A stretch of DNA of 64,000 bases from Methanomethylovorans hollandica DSM 15978 (GTDB lineage: Archaea; Halobacteriota; Methanosarcinia; Methanosarcinales; Methanosarcinaceae): the NCBI RefSeq assembly GCF_000328665.1, contig NC_019977.1, positions 1,604,011-1,668,010 on the forward strand. Reading direction: 5' to 3'. Position numbers and translations under genes: made by a program. Under the pieces are notes generated by a model. It saw only the letters and a program-made list of their open reading frames with translations. It was not told the origin of the DNA and did not search any database. Below, one piece after another: positions 47,540 to 59,754 of the stretch. Every line of letters begins with the position of its first letter. Position 1 is the first letter of the stretch.

Positions 47540-50500
47540 ATGGGAGAGATAATTGCAAGTGAATCAATGTGGGAGTACTTCCACTGGCTTGAAGCAAAGC
47601 TGAAACAGGAAATGGACATAGCTAACAAGGCCAGAGAACGAGGGCGTGATCCAAAGCCCTTTGTGGAGATACCACTTGCAAAGGACCTGGCTGATCGGGT
47701 AGAGAACCTCATCGGCGTACAGGGTGTAGCTCAGCGTATCAGGGAACTGGAAACGACCATGTCCCGTGAGGAAGCTGCACTTGCTCTCGGAAGAGATGTG
47801 GCTGTAGGTACTGTTGGTAATTTTGAAGACAGGAAAAAAGCCATAGAGGCTGCTATCCGGGTATCCATGGCAGTGATTACGGAAGGTGTGGTGGCAGCCC
47901 CCATTGAAGGTATTGATAGGGTAGACCTGGGGAAGAACGATGACGGTACGGAGTATATCCGCATCCTGTATGCCGGTCCCATACGTAGTGCAGGTGGTAC
48001 TGCCCAGGCCCTTTCTGTGCTGGTAGGCGATTATGTCCGCAGGAGCGTAGGCATCGACAGATACAAGCCACGAAAAGAAGAGGTAGAACGATATGTTGAG
48101 GAAATATTGCTTTACAGAAGGGTGGCAAACTTGCAATACACGCCTTCGGAATCAGAGATCAAGCTGATAGTAGAGAACTGTCCCATTTGCATAGATGGTG
48201 AGCCCACCGAAGAAGAGGAAGTTGAGGGGCACAGGAATCTGGAGAGAGTAGAAACAAATCGTGTCAGAGGAGGCATGGCCCTTGTGCTTGCAGAGGGACT
48301 GGCCCTGAAAGCCCCAAAGGTCCTGAAACACGTAAAAAAGCTACAGATGGATGGATGGGACTGGCTGGAAACCCTCATAGCAGGTACCAAGATCAGTGGG
48401 AGTGAAGAGGAACAAACTGCAGGTGTAAAGCCCAAAGATAAATATCTGAGAGATCTTATAGCCGGAAGACCGGTATTCTCCCATCCTTCAAGGCCTGGGG
48501 GGTTCAGGCTAAGGTATGGAAGGTCCCGTAATACTTCTTTTGCTGCTGCTGGCATCAATCCGGCCAGTATGGTGATCCTGGATGATTTCATTGCTCCCGG
48601 CACTCAGCTTAAAGTGGAAAGGCCTGGGAAAGCTGCAGGTATGGCTCCTGTAGATTCCATAGAAGGCCCCACAGTAAGGCTGAGATGCGGTGATGTTGTC
48701 AGGATCGACGATGTAGAAGAAGCTCATAGATTGCACCCGGAAGTTGAATATATCATCGATATAGGTGAAATATTGATCAATTATGGTGACTTTCTTGAAA
48801 ATAACCATGTATTGATACCTTCACCATATTGTTTTGAGTGGTGGTTACAGGATTATTCTCTTGCTACCGCTGAAGACGGATCAGCTAAGCCGGAACTGAA
48901 GCATCCCTCCCAGGAAGCTGCCCTGGAAATGTGTGAGAAACACAACGTCCCTCTTCATCCCGATTTCACTTACTTGTGGCATGATATAACTGCTAATGAA
49001 TTTGTAAGATTAGCAGAGTTCATCGAAGAACATGGGTCTTTGAATAAAGCGTGCTCGGTTTTATCGTTGCCCCTTAAAGAAAGTGCTGATAGTGGGATAA
49101 AGGTCATTCTTGAAAACATGCTGGTCATGCACAGGGTACTTGAAGGAAATATCCTGATCATGCAGCCTCTTCCTCTGATCCGCTGCCTGGGCCTGGGAGC
49201 TAAACTTCACAGAAGGTGGTCAGTTCTTGAAGCAGAGACAGGCCTTGAAGCTGTCAATGTGGTCAGTGGACTGCTTGTGCGGGCACGTGCTCCTTCCAGG
49301 ATCGGGGCACGCATGGGAAGACCTGAAAAATCGGACAGGAGAATGATGTCACCTGCACCACATGCACTGTTCCCTATTGGGGAAACCGGTGGAAATACCC
49401 GTAAGCTTGAGGATGCTGCCAGCTACAAGGAATCTGTAAACGGAAAAGTGGGGCTTATACGAGTGGAGATCGGCTCAAGGATATGTCCTGCATGTGGCAT
49501 GGACTCTTACGAGTTCAGATGTGAATGTGGTGAATTTACCGTTCCCAAGCTTTCCTGTCCGAGGTGCGGCATTTCGGTTAACAGAGAAACATGCCCTAAA
49601 TGCGGGGTGAACACTACATGTGCCCGCATGCAGCAACTGGATTTCAAGAAAATATATCAGCGGGCCTTTGAGAAACTTGGTGAACGTGAATCGAATATTG
49701 ATGCCATCAAAGGTGTCAAAAGGATGATGTCTCGCAATATGACCCCGGAACCTCTTGAAAAAGGCATTCTGCGTGCCAAGCATGAATTGTATACTTTTAA
49801 GGACGGTACTGTAAGATATGATATGTCGGATATACCTCTTACACACATAAGAGCGGATGAGCTGGGCGTACAAGTGGAAAAACTGCTGGAAATAGGTTAT
49901 TCAGAAGATGTATATGGAAAACCACTTATCAGCGGAGATCAGGTGGTATGCCTTAAAGTTCAGGATATTGTCGTTTCATATGATTGTGCTGGATATCTTT
50001 TAAAAATAAGCCGATATGTAGACGATCTTTTATCCCAGTATTACCATCTTGAACCTTATTATAATGCTCAGAGCATCGAGGACCTTGTGGGCACACTTGT
50101 CATGGGGCTTGCACCCCATACATCCGCAGGTGTTCTGGGGAGACTTGTGGGTTTCACCAGGGCTGCGGTGGGTTATGCTCATCCTTTCTTCCATGCGGCA
50201 AAAAGACGTAACTGCGACGGTGATGAGGATTGTGTAATGCTGCTCATGGATGGACTTATCAATTTCTCAAGGGAATATCTGCCGGACAGAAGAGGTGGAA
50301 AGATGGACGCACCGCTTGTACTTACCACTCTCCTGGACCCGAGCGAGGTGGACAAGGAAGCTCACAATATAGATGTATGTGCCCATTATCCTCCTGAGTT
50401 CTATGAAGCTACTTTGGAATACACGAACCCAAAGGAACTGGAAAGTAAAATGGACCTTGTCAGCAGTCGCCTGGGTACTCCCCTGCAGTACGACCATTTC

Positions 50501-50965
50501 ATGTTTACCCATGATACTTCTGACATAGCTGGAGGGCCGCCTGTAAGTGCTTATAAGACCCTTGGCAGCATGGTCGAAAAAATGGATGCTCAGCTGGCCC
50601 TGGCAGATAAGATAAGGGCTGTTGATGCATCTGATGTTGCTGAAAGGGTTCTGGTGTCGCATTTCCTGCCGGACCTGTTTGGCAATCTGAGGGCCTTTTC
50701 CAGGCAGAGCACACGTTGCATCAAGTGCGAGGGAAAATTCCGAAGGCCACCACTTACAGGTGTATGTCCTAAATGCGGAGGCCGTGTAATATTGACAGTG
50801 CATGAAGGCTCTGTGAAAAAATATCTGGAAGTGTCTAAAAAGGTAGCTATAGATTACAATGTTTCAGCTTATACCAAACAGCGTATTGAACTTGTAGGCC
50901 TTGATATTAAGTCTCTCTTTAATAATGACAAATCAAAGCAGACAGGTCTTTCAGAGTTTATGTGA
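47540..50965 (+). CDS. polC: DNA polymerase D large subunit DP2
   Basis: [35 protein letters not shown], Zn fingers; no intein. Confidence 0.97.
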   Translation: MGEIIASESMWEYFHWLEAKLKQEMDIANKARERGRDPKPFVEIPLAKDLADRVENLIGVQGVAQRIRELETTMSREEAALALGRDVAVGTVGNFEDRKKAIEAAIRVSMAVITEGVVAAPIEGIDRVDLGKNDDGTEYIRILYAGPIRSAGGTAQALSVLVGDYVRRSVGIDRYKPRKEEVERYVEEILLYRRVANLQYTPSESEIKLIVENCPICIDGEPTEEEEVEGHRNLERVETNRVRGGMALVLAEGLALKAPKVLKHVKKLQMDGWDWLETLIAGTKISGSEEEQTAGVKPKDKYLRDLIAGRPVFSHPSRPGGFRLRYGRSRNTSFAAAGINPASMVILDDFIAPGTQLKVERPGKAAGMAPVDSIEGPTVRLRCGDVVRIDDVEEAHRLHPEVEYIIDIGEILINYGDFLENNHVLIPSPYCFEWWLQDYSLATAEDGSAKPELKHPSQEAALEMCEKHNVPLHPDFTYLWHDITANEFVRLAEFIEEHGSLNKACSVLSLPLKESADSGIKVILENMLVMHRVLEGNILIMQPLPLIRCLGLGAKLHRRWSVLEAETGLEAVNVVSGLLVRARAPSRIGARMGRPEKSDRRMMSPAPHALFPIGETGGNTRKLEDAASYKESVNGKVGLIRVEIGSRICPACGMDSYEFRCECGEFTVPKLSCPRCGISVNRETCPKCGVNTTCARMQQLDFKKIYQRAFEKLGERESNIDAIKGVKRMMSRNMTPEPLEKGILRAKHELYTFKDGTVRYDMSDIPLTHIRADELGVQVEKLLEIGYSEDVYGKPLISGDQVVCLKVQDIVVSYDCAGYLLKISRYVDDLLSQYYHLEPYYNAQSIEDLVGTLVMGLAPHTSAGVLGRLVGFTRAAVGYAHPFFHAAKRRNCDGDEDCVMLLMDGLINFSREYLPDRRGGKMDAPLVLTTLLDPSEVDKEAHNIDVCAHYPPEFYEATLEYTNPKELESKMDLVSSRLGTPLQYDHFMFTHDTSDIAGGPPVSAYKTLGSMVEKMDAQLALADKIRAVDASDVAERVLVSHFLPDLFGNLRAFSRQSTRCIKCEGKFRRPPLTGVCPKCGGRVILTVHEGSVKKYLEVSKKVAIDYNVSAYTKQRIELVGLDIKSLFNNDKSKQTGLSEFM

Positions 50966-50969
50966 AAAA

Positions 50970-52202
50970 TTATTTGATCGGCAGACCAAAGGCATTTATC
51001 TGGTTGATCAGCTCTGTGAACTGTTCGACCTCAAAGGCTATCACTGCTTCCCGGGTCATGCTTATGGACATTTCCCCGTCATAGCTGAGCATCTCGGGCC
51101 CTCTGCGCACGAACCTGTCAATGCCGTCCCTGGATAATGCTGCCTTTGCTTCAGGATCATGTACGAATGCCCTTCCCGGGATAAGGACTGTTTCTTTGAC
51201 ATTCCCCAGGTCAAGATCATTAAGGTCTTCTATGGTTATAAGGCAACCAATATCCTTGTTAACAGGTACCACGTTCACAAAGCTCCCCAGCCTGTCAAAG
51301 ATCTCTGCAAGTCTTGAAACTGCTGCTTTACTGGTGATAAGTGTTGCCTGCTTTCTTATTTCAGGAAGCTGGGACATGGCCTGCTCATCATTGCGCAGTG
51401 CAAAGGGGCAGCCTATGAGGGGGTCTTCCAGAGGAGTTCCGGTTATCCTCATGCTATATCTTGAAGCAGCTTCCATGACAATGTTCGTGAATTCATCTAT
51501 TGTATGCGTCTTGAAACCGTCCAGTACAGGGCCATTACCCAAAATAAGTCCTTCTTCCCTGCAGTTTGCAAAACGCATGAGTATGGCACCTTTTGCCCCC
51601 ATGTCCTGCAGATCTGCAAGTGTTTTCCATAACTCTTCGCCGTCATTTACACCGGGTATGAGCACAATGGCAGCATAGACATCACAATGCCTGCTGAAAT
51701 CCTTCAGCACCTGCAGGGATGCTTTAGGGTTGGGATCACGCATATGATCTGCCCGAAGTTGTGGGTCTGTAGAAAAGACAGTAAAGGACACTTCTGCAAC
51801 ACCATGTTGTATAAAGAACTCTGCATCATTTGGAGAATTGAAACCTTTGCCGCTGGTGTAGCCCAGATGAATTGGTTTTCTAAGCTGGGAAAGAACAGCT
51901 ACGAGATCTCGCAATTGAGGATAGCAGCTTACATCACCTCCTCCGCTAATGGTGATCTTTTCTATCTCGTTGGCTCTGAACCTGATGCTGTCTGACAGGC
52001 TGTGAAGAACAAACTGCATGGGTTTAAAACCAGTGTATGATTCCCTCACTCCTCTGGTACAGTAATCACACCCTTTATGAAAAGGAAAACAATATTTGCA
52101 CCCGAAGGGTGGTATCTCTTTTACTTTTTTAAAGTAACAATATGTGCAGAACCCATTGCAGTCTATGCCCGGACTGCCACCAACATCGGCTACAATTTCC
52201 AT
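50970..52202 (-). CDS. mmp10: Methanogenesis marker protein 10, radical SAM MCR arginine methyltransferase
   Basis: [19 protein letters not shown], second Cys motif CKYC..CDYC; divergent from mcrB. Confidence 0.92.
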   Translation of the reverse strand: MEIVADVGGSPGIDCNGFCTYCYFKKVKEIPPFGCKYCFPFHKGCDYCTRGVRESYTGFKPMQFVLHSLSDSIRFRANEIEKITISGGGDVSCYPQLRDLVAVLSQLRKPIHLGYTSGKGFNSPNDAEFFIQHGVAEVSFTVFSTDPQLRADHMRDPNPKASLQVLKDFSRHCDVYAAIVLIPGVNDGEELWKTLADLQDMGAKGAILMRFANCREEGLILGNGPVLDGFKTHTIDEFTNIVMEAASRYSMRITGTPLEDPLIGCPFALRNDEQAMSQLPEIRKQATLITSKAAVSRLAEIFDRLGSFVNVVPVNKDIGCLITIEDLNDLDLGNVKETVLIPGRAFVHDPEAKAALSRDGIDRFVRRGPEMLSYDGEMSISMTREAVIAFEVEQFTELINQINAFGLPIK

Positions 52203-52600
52203 TTGTATCGTGTGATACCATATGTATTACTTAAATCTTTGTAATGCACGAGAAGCATATGTTCATATAACACGTGCACAAAAGCAAATATATACATAAA
52301 AGTTTATTAATATTATTTTGTATGAAAAATAAAAGTAAATTTACGCAGGATATACATTTAGAAGGCACTTTAAGTGTTACTCTAAAAGCCAATTTAATAT
52401 AATAAATATAATATATAGTACTTACCCTGAAATTGAATGCAGAGAGAATATTGATGCAAAAGGTTTAAAACCTAATTAATCTTAATTAGCGGATATTCCA
52501 ATGGAAAATATCGTATCTTTTAACGATTGTACAGATTTTTTATTAACACTCTATCTGTACACTTTCCATAATGGATCTTAACAAATAGGAGGAAATATAC

Positions 52601-53902
52601 GTGTCTGATAAAATAGACATTTACGACGACAAAGGTAAGCTGTTGGAAAGCGGCGTCGATCTTATGGACATTGCGCCAACAAGAAACGCAGCCATACAGA
52701 AAATCGTCAAAGACACCAAGAGGACTGTTGCAGTTAACCTTGCAGGTATCGAGAATGCTCTTGCCAGTGGTAAAATGGGTGGCGCTGGTCGCCGTATCCT
52801 TGGCAGAGAACTTAAATATGACATCGTTGCAAACGCCAGTGCCATACAGGACTCTGTTGCAAAATTGATCCAGGTCAACAAAGACGATGACACCAATGTA
52901 CAAGTACTTGCTGGCGGAAAGCAGTTACGTGTGCAGGTTCCATCCCTTAGGACTGCAATTGGTGCAGACTATGTTTCAGCAAGCACAGTAGGCGCAGCAG
53001 CCGTGGTACAGACCATCATCGACATGTACAAGGTAGACATGTTCGACGCACCTATCGTTAAGGGTGCTGTATGGGGAAGCTACCCACAGACAATGGACAT
53101 GATGGGCAGCAACGTTGCATCCATCCTCAGTATCCCACAGAACAACGAAGGTCTGGGTTACTCTCTGAGGAACATCACCACCAATCACATTGCAGCCATC
53201 ACTGGCAAGAGGGCCATGAACTCTGCAGCACTCTCATCCATCTTCGAGCAGGTAAGCATGTACGAGATGGGTAACTCAGTGGGCTTGTTCGAGAGGCACC
53301 AGCTTCTGGGTCTTGCATACCAGGGACTGAACGCTAACAACATGGTATGTGACATTGTCACCAAGAACAAGACCGGTACTATCGGTACTGTAGTGGAATC
53401 AACAGTTGAGAGAGCTATCGAGGACGGCGTCATTGCAGTTGACAAGAAAGCACCATCCGGATACAACTTCTACAAGGCAAATGATGTCTCCAAGTGGAAC
53501 GCATATGCAGCAGCAGGTATGCTTGCAGCCACCATGGTGAACTGTGGTGCAGGAAGAGCAGCACAGAACGTTTCTTCAACCATCCTGTACTTCAATGACA
53601 TCCTGGAAAAAGAGACAGGACTTCCAGGCTGTGACATGGGAAGAGCTCAGGGTACTGCAGTCGGATTCTCCTTCTTCAGCCACTCAATCTACGGTGGAGG
53701 CGGACCAGGCATCTTCAACGGTAACCACGTAGTTACCAGGCACTCCAGAGGATTCGCAATTCCTTGTGTATGTGCAGCATGTTCACTTGACACAGGCACC
53801 CAGATGTTCACTATTGAGAAGACATCCTCACTTGTGGGCAACGTGTTCGGTTCAATACCAGAATTCAAGGAACCGATCAAGGCAGTTGCAGGAGCGCTCT
53901 AA
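52601..53902 (+). CDS. mcrB: Methyl-coenzyme M reductase beta subunit
   Basis: MSDKIDIYDD, WGSYPQT, FSFFSHSIYGGGGPG. Confidence 0.98.
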   Translation: MSDKIDIYDDKGKLLESGVDLMDIAPTRNAAIQKIVKDTKRTVAVNLAGIENALASGKMGGAGRRILGRELKYDIVANASAIQDSVAKLIQVNKDDDTNVQVLAGGKQLRVQVPSLRTAIGADYVSASTVGAAAVVQTIIDMYKVDMFDAPIVKGAVWGSYPQTMDMMGSNVASILSIPQNNEGLGYSLRNITTNHIAAITGKRAMNSAALSSIFEQVSMYEMGNSVGLFERHQLLGLAYQGLNANNMVCDIVTKNKTGTIGTVVESTVERAIEDGVIAVDKKAPSGYNFYKANDVSKWNAYAAAGMLAATMVNCGAGRAAQNVSSTILYFNDILEKETGLPGCDMGRAQGTAVGFSFFSHSIYGGGGPGIFNGNHVVTRHSRGFAIPCVCAACSLDTGTQMFTIEKTSSLVGNVFGSIPEFKEPIKAVAGAL

Positions 53903-53944
53903 ATCCATTAATATCCTATGTCATGGTATCAAAGGTAATCACAG

Positions 53945-54430
53945 ATGTCAAATATGTCCTCAGACACAACAAAGCATTTGCAGCTTGAAATAGTTCCTCA
54001 GCGTTTGCTCAGGCCCGAAACTGCCCAGGATCTCCTTAATAAGATCCTGGACCTGGAAGGAGTCATAAGGCTGTTTATTCACGGCCCGAGATTGCCCGGA
54101 ACAGTACCATATGGTCCTGCAAAGGGAACCGCCCTGGTCCATGATTCCAGACGCCTTATAGAAATAGAAGGCAAGGCAGTGGAATTGATGGTCAGTGTAG
54201 GTAGCATCCGTCTGGAAGTGACAGATGCCGACGTGAAAGAACAGGTGCATGAGATATGCGAGAAGATACTTCCGTTCCCCTTTGAGTTCAGAGAGGGTAA
54301 TTTCATGCTAAGAAGGCAGACTGTTTCAGGTTATGCAAGGTTCGGACCTGATCAGGACCCCCTTCTGGTGGGTATGACCGATCCGAAAGGCAAACTGAAA
54401 GACCAGGTATGTTTCATCAAAGATGAGTGA
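53945..54430 (+). CDS. mcrD: MCR operon protein D
   Basis: PQRLLRPETA, HGPRLP.TVPYGPAKG. Confidence 0.95.
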   Translation: MSNMSSDTTKHLQLEIVPQRLLRPETAQDLLNKILDLEGVIRLFIHGPRLPGTVPYGPAKGTALVHDSRRLIEIEGKAVELMVSVGSIRLEVTDADVKEQVHEICEKILPFPFEFREGNFMLRRQTVSGYARFGPDQDPLLVGMTDPKGKLKDQVCFIKDE

Positions 54431-55046
54431 TGTTATGTTCGACCGGGAAACACAAGTTGTTGACTGTAGGCATGGGATGGGACTTGGAAGAGGAGGGGGT
54501 CTCGCACAAAGAGGCACGCTTTCTGAAACCGGAAGATCCGATGTTATAGCAATTGCAATGAGCCCCGGAAGGAGACATATCACAAAACCTGTATGCGAAA
54601 TTACCTACGGTATGCGTCGCGAAGAAATACAGGTGAGCGTCCTGGTACTTAATACAGGATCAGGCATACCTGATACTAACATGGGTTCCGGTACCTTCGG
54701 GATATCACCCGAGGAAGTGGCCCAGATCTCAAGGCATAAACTTGCGGTCATACATACAGGCAATGTAAGGGACCATGTGATCAAGAAAGTAAGGAACATA
54801 CTTGAACAAGTGAATGTTCCTGCCATTATCGTGTGTCAAACTCCCGTAGATTTTGAGGATTTTGCAATGGCAGGTGTGAAGACAAGGCTTGTGAAACCAA
54901 AAGATAAGGATATTGTGACAAAAGGAAAAGTAATGGAAATTGTGACAGGGATTACACGAGGCGAATCATGTTCAAGGGAAAAATTGAACGAACTCGTGAA
55001 AGCCGTGAAAACCACAATGAAATCATTAGATGTTAGGAGTGTATGA
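54423..55046 (+). CDS. mcrC: MCR operon protein C
   Basis: DCRHGMGLGRGGGLAQRGT, RRHITKPVCEIT. Confidence 0.95.
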   Translation: MSDVMFDRETQVVDCRHGMGLGRGGGLAQRGTLSETGRSDVIAIAMSPGRRHITKPVCEITYGMRREEIQVSVLVLNTGSGIPDTNMGSGTFGISPEEVAQISRHKLAVIHTGNVRDHVIKKVRNILEQVNVPAIIVCQTPVDFEDFAMAGVKTRLVKPKDKDIVTKGKVMEIVTGITRGESCSREKLNELVKAVKTTMKSLDVRSV

Positions 55047-55048
55047 TT

Positions 55049-55798
55049 ATGGCATATAAACCACAGTACTACCCAGGTGCAACATCTGTTGCAGCAAACA
55101 GAAGGAAACACATGTCTGGCGATGTGGAAAAGCTCAGGGAGATCTCCGATGACGACCTGACTATGATCCTCGGGCACCGCCCAGCAGGCAGCGACTACCG
55201 CAGCACCCACCCACCACTTGCAGAGATGGGTGAGCCAGAGTGCTCTATTAGACAGACTGTAGAACCAACCCCAGGAGCCAAAGCCGGTGACAGGGTAAGA
55301 TATGTACAGTTCGTAGACTCAATGTACAATGGTCCATCTGTACCATACTTCAGATCCTACGGTGCAGCCATTAAGTTCAGAGGCGTGGACCCAGGTACTC
55401 TTTCCGGTCGTCAGGTCGTTGAGGCCCGTGAGAGAGACATGGAAGAGGTTGCCAAGTTCCAGATAGAAACAGAGATGTTCGACCCCGCACTTTCAAGCCT
55501 TAGAGGCGCAACTGTGCACGGCCACTCCCTGAGACTTCAGGAAGATGGTGTAATGTTCGACATGCTGGACAGGGCAAGACTCGAGGAAGACGGTATCGTG
55601 AAGATGCACAAGGACCAGGTAGGAAGACCTATAGACAAAAAGGTTCAGCTTGGAAAGCCAATGTCTGCAAAGGAAGCAGCAAAGAGGACAACCATCTACC
55701 GTGTGGACAACGTTGCTTACAGGAGCGACAAAGAAGTTATTGAATGGGTCCACAGAGTGTTCGATCAGAGAACAAAATACGGATTCAAGCCGGAATAA
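55049..55798 (+). CDS. mcrG: Methyl-coenzyme M reductase gamma subunit
   Basis: QYYPGAT.VAANRR, RGVDPGTLSGRQ, GATVHGHSLRL. Confidence 0.98.
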   Translation: MAYKPQYYPGATSVAANRRKHMSGDVEKLREISDDDLTMILGHRPAGSDYRSTHPPLAEMGEPECSIRQTVEPTPGAKAGDRVRYVQFVDSMYNGPSVPYFRSYGAAIKFRGVDPGTLSGRQVVEARERDMEEVAKFQIETEMFDPALSSLRGATVHGHSLRLQEDGVMFDMLDRARLEEDGIVKMHKDQVGRPIDKKVQLGKPMSAKEAAKRTTIYRVDNVAYRSDKEVIEWVHRVFDQRTKYGFKPE

Positions 55799-55812
55799 TC
55801 GAGGTGACATAA

Positions 55813-57528
55813 ATGGCAGCAGACAAAAAGATGTTCGCAAAGCACTTGGAGATCAAGTTCACAAAAGAGCACGGTGCCAACAAGATGGAAGGTGGCAAGA
55901 TCACTGACATGGTTGGTAAGTACTACAGGCTCGGTGTTGACCAGAACCCAAGGAAAGTTGAAATGAAGAAGGCAGGTCAGGAGCTCGCCAAGAAGAGAGG
56001 ACTTGTCGGTTACAACCCCATGATGCACTGTGGTGGTATTCCACTCGGTCAGAGAGCACTTACTCCATCCTTCATATCAGGCACTGACATGATGGTAGAG
56101 GTCGACGACCTGCACTACGTGAACAACGCTGCAATGCAGCAGATGTGGGATGACATCAGGAGAACCTGTATCGTCGGTATAGACTTAGCCCACGAGACCC
56201 TTGAGAAGAGACTGGGTATCGAGGTCACACCAGAAACCATCAACTTCTACCTTGAGACACTCAACCACGCCCTTCCAGGCGGCGCAGTGGTCCAGGAACA
56301 CATGGTAGAGACCCACCCCGCACTTGTGGATGACTGTTACTGTAAGATCTTCACCGGTGACGATGAGCTTGCAGATGAAATAGACAAGCAGTTCCTTATT
56401 GATATCAACAAGGAATTCCCCGAAGAGCAGGCAGCTCAGATTAAGGCAGCTATCGGAAAGACAACCTGGCAGGCAGCCCACATCCCAACCGTGGTCAGCA
56501 GGGTAACAGACGGTGCCCAGACTACCAGATGGATGGCCATGCAGGTCGGTATGTCCTTCATCTCCGCATACAGCATGTGTGCCGGTGAGGCAGCAGTTGC
56601 TGACCTTTCATATGCCGCAAAGCACGCTGGTGTCATCTCCATGGGTGAGATGCTTCCTGCAAGACGTGCACGTGGTCCAAACGAACCAGGAGGAATTTCC
56701 TTTGGTCATCTCTCAGATATCGTACAGACCAGCCGTGTAGACCCAGAAGACCCAGCACACGTAGCCCTTGAGGTAGTCGGTGCAGGCTGTATGCTCTACG
56801 ACCAGATCTGGCTTGGATCATACATGTCCGGTGGTGTGGGTTTCACACAGTACGCAACAGCTGCATACACCAACAACATCCTGGATGACAACCTGTACTA
56901 CAATGTCGACTACATCAACGACAAGTACAACGGTGCAGCCAAGAAGGGTACCGACAACAAGGTAAAGGCCACTCTGGAAGTTGTCAAGGACATCGCCACA
57001 GAGTCCACCCTGTACGGTATGGAGAACTACGAGAAATACCCAACTGCACTCGAGGACCACTTTGGAGGATCCCAGAGGGCAACTGTGCTCTCCGCTGCAG
57101 CAGGTGCTGCAACCGCTATCGCAACTGGTAACGGAAATGCCGGTCTGTCCGGATGGTACCTCTCTATGTACCTGCACAAGGAAGGCCATGGCCGTCTCGG
57201 TTTCTTCGGTTTCGACCTGCAGGACCAGTGCGGTGCAACCAACGTGTTGTCCTACCAGTCCGACGAGGGTCTGCCTGTTGAGCTGCGTGGACCAAACTAC
57301 CCCAACTACGCCATGAACGTAGGTCACCAGGGTGGATACGCTGCAATAGCATGTGCAGCACACGCAGGCCGCGGCGACGCATATGCAGTGAACCCACTCA
57401 TCAAGGTCTGTTTCGCAGACAACCTCCTGCCCTTTGACTTTACAGCTCCAAGGAAGGAATTCGGTAGGGGCGCACTGCGCGAGTTCATGCCTGCTGGTGA
57501 GAGATCACTCATCATCCCGGCAAAGTAA
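55813..57528 (+). CDS. mcrA: Methyl-coenzyme M reductase alpha subunit
   Basis: [58 protein letters not shown]. Confidence 0.99.
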   Translation: MAADKKMFAKHLEIKFTKEHGANKMEGGKITDMVGKYYRLGVDQNPRKVEMKKAGQELAKKRGLVGYNPMMHCGGIPLGQRALTPSFISGTDMMVEVDDLHYVNNAAMQQMWDDIRRTCIVGIDLAHETLEKRLGIEVTPETINFYLETLNHALPGGAVVQEHMVETHPALVDDCYCKIFTGDDELADEIDKQFLIDINKEFPEEQAAQIKAAIGKTTWQAAHIPTVVSRVTDGAQTTRWMAMQVGMSFISAYSMCAGEAAVADLSYAAKHAGVISMGEMLPARRARGPNEPGGISFGHLSDIVQTSRVDPEDPAHVALEVVGAGCMLYDQIWLGSYMSGGVGFTQYATAAYTNNILDDNLYYNVDYINDKYNGAAKKGTDNKVKATLEVVKDIATESTLYGMENYEKYPTALEDHFGGSQRATVLSAAAGAATAIATGNGNAGLSGWYLSMYLHKEGHGRLGFFGFDLQDQCGATNVLSYQSDEGLPVELRGPNYPNYAMNVGHQGGYAAIACAAHAGRGDAYAVNPLIKVCFADNLLPFDFTAPRKEFGRGALREFMPAGERSLIIPAK

Positions 57529-57547
57529 ATCAAAAAGTAAAATACAG

Positions 57548-57579
57548 GTAGGCTTCATGCCTACTTTTTTCTCTTTTTT
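57548..57579 (+). terminator. mcr operon terminator
   Basis: GTAGGC-TTCAT-GCCTAC hairpin followed by TTTTTT-CTC-TTTTTT. Confidence 0.75.
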
Positions 57580-57702
57580 CATACTATAACCCCATATTCC
57601 AGCGGCTTATTCTGCTGACTTTCCTAACTGTTATATATCATGCAATTCTTTTTCATATAGTACATTTAGGCTTATACTGCCCGTTTTCATGGAGTGTCAC
57701 CT

Positions 57703-59754
57703 ATGCAATATAGTCTGGGAATAGATGCCGGCGGAACTTTTACAGATGCTGTCCTCATTCGTGATACGGATGGGGCCATCGTGCAGAAAACAAAGGTAAT
57801 TACCACATATCCTGATCCATTAGATGGGATAAGCAGGGCCATCGATGAACTGGATAAGGAATATACCCGCAATGTTAAACTGGTGTCAGTTTCCACCACA
57901 CTTTCCACCAATACTATCCTTGAGGACACCGGATTTCCTGTGGCTGCTATCCTCGTTGGAGATTATGCTATACCACAGGAGGGATTCCCCACACCTAATT
58001 ATATTATGGTTAACGGCGGCCATACAAGTAATGGTGAAGAGGCTGCTCCTCTGGACGAGGAGAAAGTAAGGAATTTCGCTCTGGAGGTAAAGGACAAGGT
58101 AGCTGCATTTGCTGTTTCTGCCTTCTTCAGCAATAGGAACTCGGACCACGAGCTCAGGGTGAAGCACATAATTACGGAACTGACTGGACTGCCGGTAGTA
58201 TGTGGGCATGAACTGTCCCAGGAAGTGGGAGCATATGACCGTGCGATAACAGCATATCTCAATGCCCAGTTGCTGCCCATCACACATAATTTTATACAGT
58301 CCATACTGAAGGATATTCATGCAAGAGGTATTGAGGCAAACCTTCTCATGTTAAAGTGTGATGGCTCTGTGATAGGTATGGAAGAAGCATTGGAGCGTCC
58401 GATAGAATCAATCTTCTCAGGTCCTGCCGCAAGCCTTGTAGGTGCTTCCTACCTTACAAAACTGGACACTTGTGCCATGATAGACGTAGGTGGCACCAGT
58501 ACCGATGTCGCTCTTATAAAAAATGGTGTGCCTGAGCTCAGTGAGCATGGAGCCATTGTAGGAGGCTGGAAGACAATGGTCAAAGCTGTCCGCATGGAAA
58601 CCTCAGCCACCGGAGGAGATAGTCATGTATGGATCAGCGATCGCAAATTCCACGTGGGGCCCCGCAGGGTCATTCCGCTCTGCCGTGCAGCACAGCAATA
58701 TCCGGGTTTTCTAAAGCAGCTTCATGAGAGTAAGAGTCCTTCAAAGAAACTTCTTGATGAGAATGTGCAATCCACTAAATATTTTGTTCGCACTGGATTC
58801 AGACCTATAGGACTGACAAAAAGTGAGGAAGAGATATATGATTATATTTTGCATACTCCTGTATCCTATGTTGACCTCTTCCAGAAAATGAAAAAGCATC
58901 CAAGCACCTATGCTATAGATAACCTCATCAAAAAGCGTCTGATACAGCCTATAGGTTTCACTCCGACGGATATGCTCCATGTACTTGGAGAAATGCAGAA
59001 ATGGGACACTGAAGCTTCTATTGCAGGTGCTGAAAAACTGGCAAAATTATTGCAGCTAGATAAAGAAGAATTCTGCCGACAAGTGAAAAGAAAGGTAGCA
59101 AGAAACATGGCATCAGCCCTGATCTCCTACCTCATAGAAGGTATACCGGCCGATATTGTGCAGCGTATCCTTTCAGCTGAGAATTTTACCCGTTTTAAGG
59201 TCGAAACACCTGTTGTACTACTGGGTGGACCTGTGTGGGCGTTCAAGGAAGAGATGGAAAAACTCATTGATGCGCAGTTCATAGTACCTGAGAATGCTGA
59301 TGTGGGCAATGCAGCAGGTGCACTGGTAGGCAAAGGCATAAAAAGAGTGGACATCCTTATTAAGAAACACTTTGCTCCCATTACCGGAGAAGGTGTCTCG
59401 AATGAGGAGCTAAAAGAGGCAAAAGAAGTTGTGGAATACTTCGTATTCACCCCTGAGGGAAGAAAGGTCTTTACTGACCATGTCGAAGCCATAGCATTCG
59501 CGACAGAAACCGGTAAAAAGATAGTAATGGACTATATGATAGCTGCGGGTTATTGTAGCAACGATGTGGGTATCGAGGTCACCAGAAAAGATATGGTGAT
59601 CACCGAAGGGGAAATGCCCATGGAATCCAAGATCATAGTGGTGGGTGTGGGAACATCCCACATAGTGATGGAAAAGAGCTGTATCCCCGAATATATGCGT
59701 AAAAAAGCATTCAGTTTCAGCAAGGCGCTTGATGGATCATATTCCGGAAAATGA
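57703..59754 (+). CDS. Hydantoinase/oxoprolinase A family ATPase
   Basis: LGIDAGGTFTD, VSTTLSTN, SIFSGPAAS, IDVGGTSTD, GGDS, TPTD, VGNAAGA. Confidence 0.88.
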   Translation: MQYSLGIDAGGTFTDAVLIRDTDGAIVQKTKVITTYPDPLDGISRAIDELDKEYTRNVKLVSVSTTLSTNTILEDTGFPVAAILVGDYAIPQEGFPTPNYIMVNGGHTSNGEEAAPLDEEKVRNFALEVKDKVAAFAVSAFFSNRNSDHELRVKHIITELTGLPVVCGHELSQEVGAYDRAITAYLNAQLLPITHNFIQSILKDIHARGIEANLLMLKCDGSVIGMEEALERPIESIFSGPAASLVGASYLTKLDTCAMIDVGGTSTDVALIKNGVPELSEHGAIVGGWKTMVKAVRMETSATGGDSHVWISDRKFHVGPRRVIPLCRAAQQYPGFLKQLHESKSPSKKLLDENVQSTKYFVRTGFRPIGLTKSEEEIYDYILHTPVSYVDLFQKMKKHPSTYAIDNLIKKRLIQPIGFTPTDMLHVLGEMQKWDTEASIAGAEKLAKLLQLDKEEFCRQVKRKVARNMASALISYLIEGIPADIVQRILSAENFTRFKVETPVVLLGGPVWAFKEEMEKLIDAQFIVPENADVGNAAGALVGKGIKRVDILIKKHFAPITGEGVSNEELKEAKEVVEYFVFTPEGRKVFTDHVEAIAFATETGKKIVMDYMIAAGYCSNDVGIEVTRKDMVITEGEMPMESKIIVVGVGTSHIVMEKSCIPEYMRKKAFSFSKALDGSYSGK

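Noticed and set aside
50190..50235. Intein in DP2
   Set aside because: The usual insertion motif [10 protein letters not shown] is contiguous and the protein length is normal
50970..57528. mmp10 divergent from mcrBDCGA as a novelty
   Set aside because: Well-known arrangement; McrA modification-site motifs look canonical
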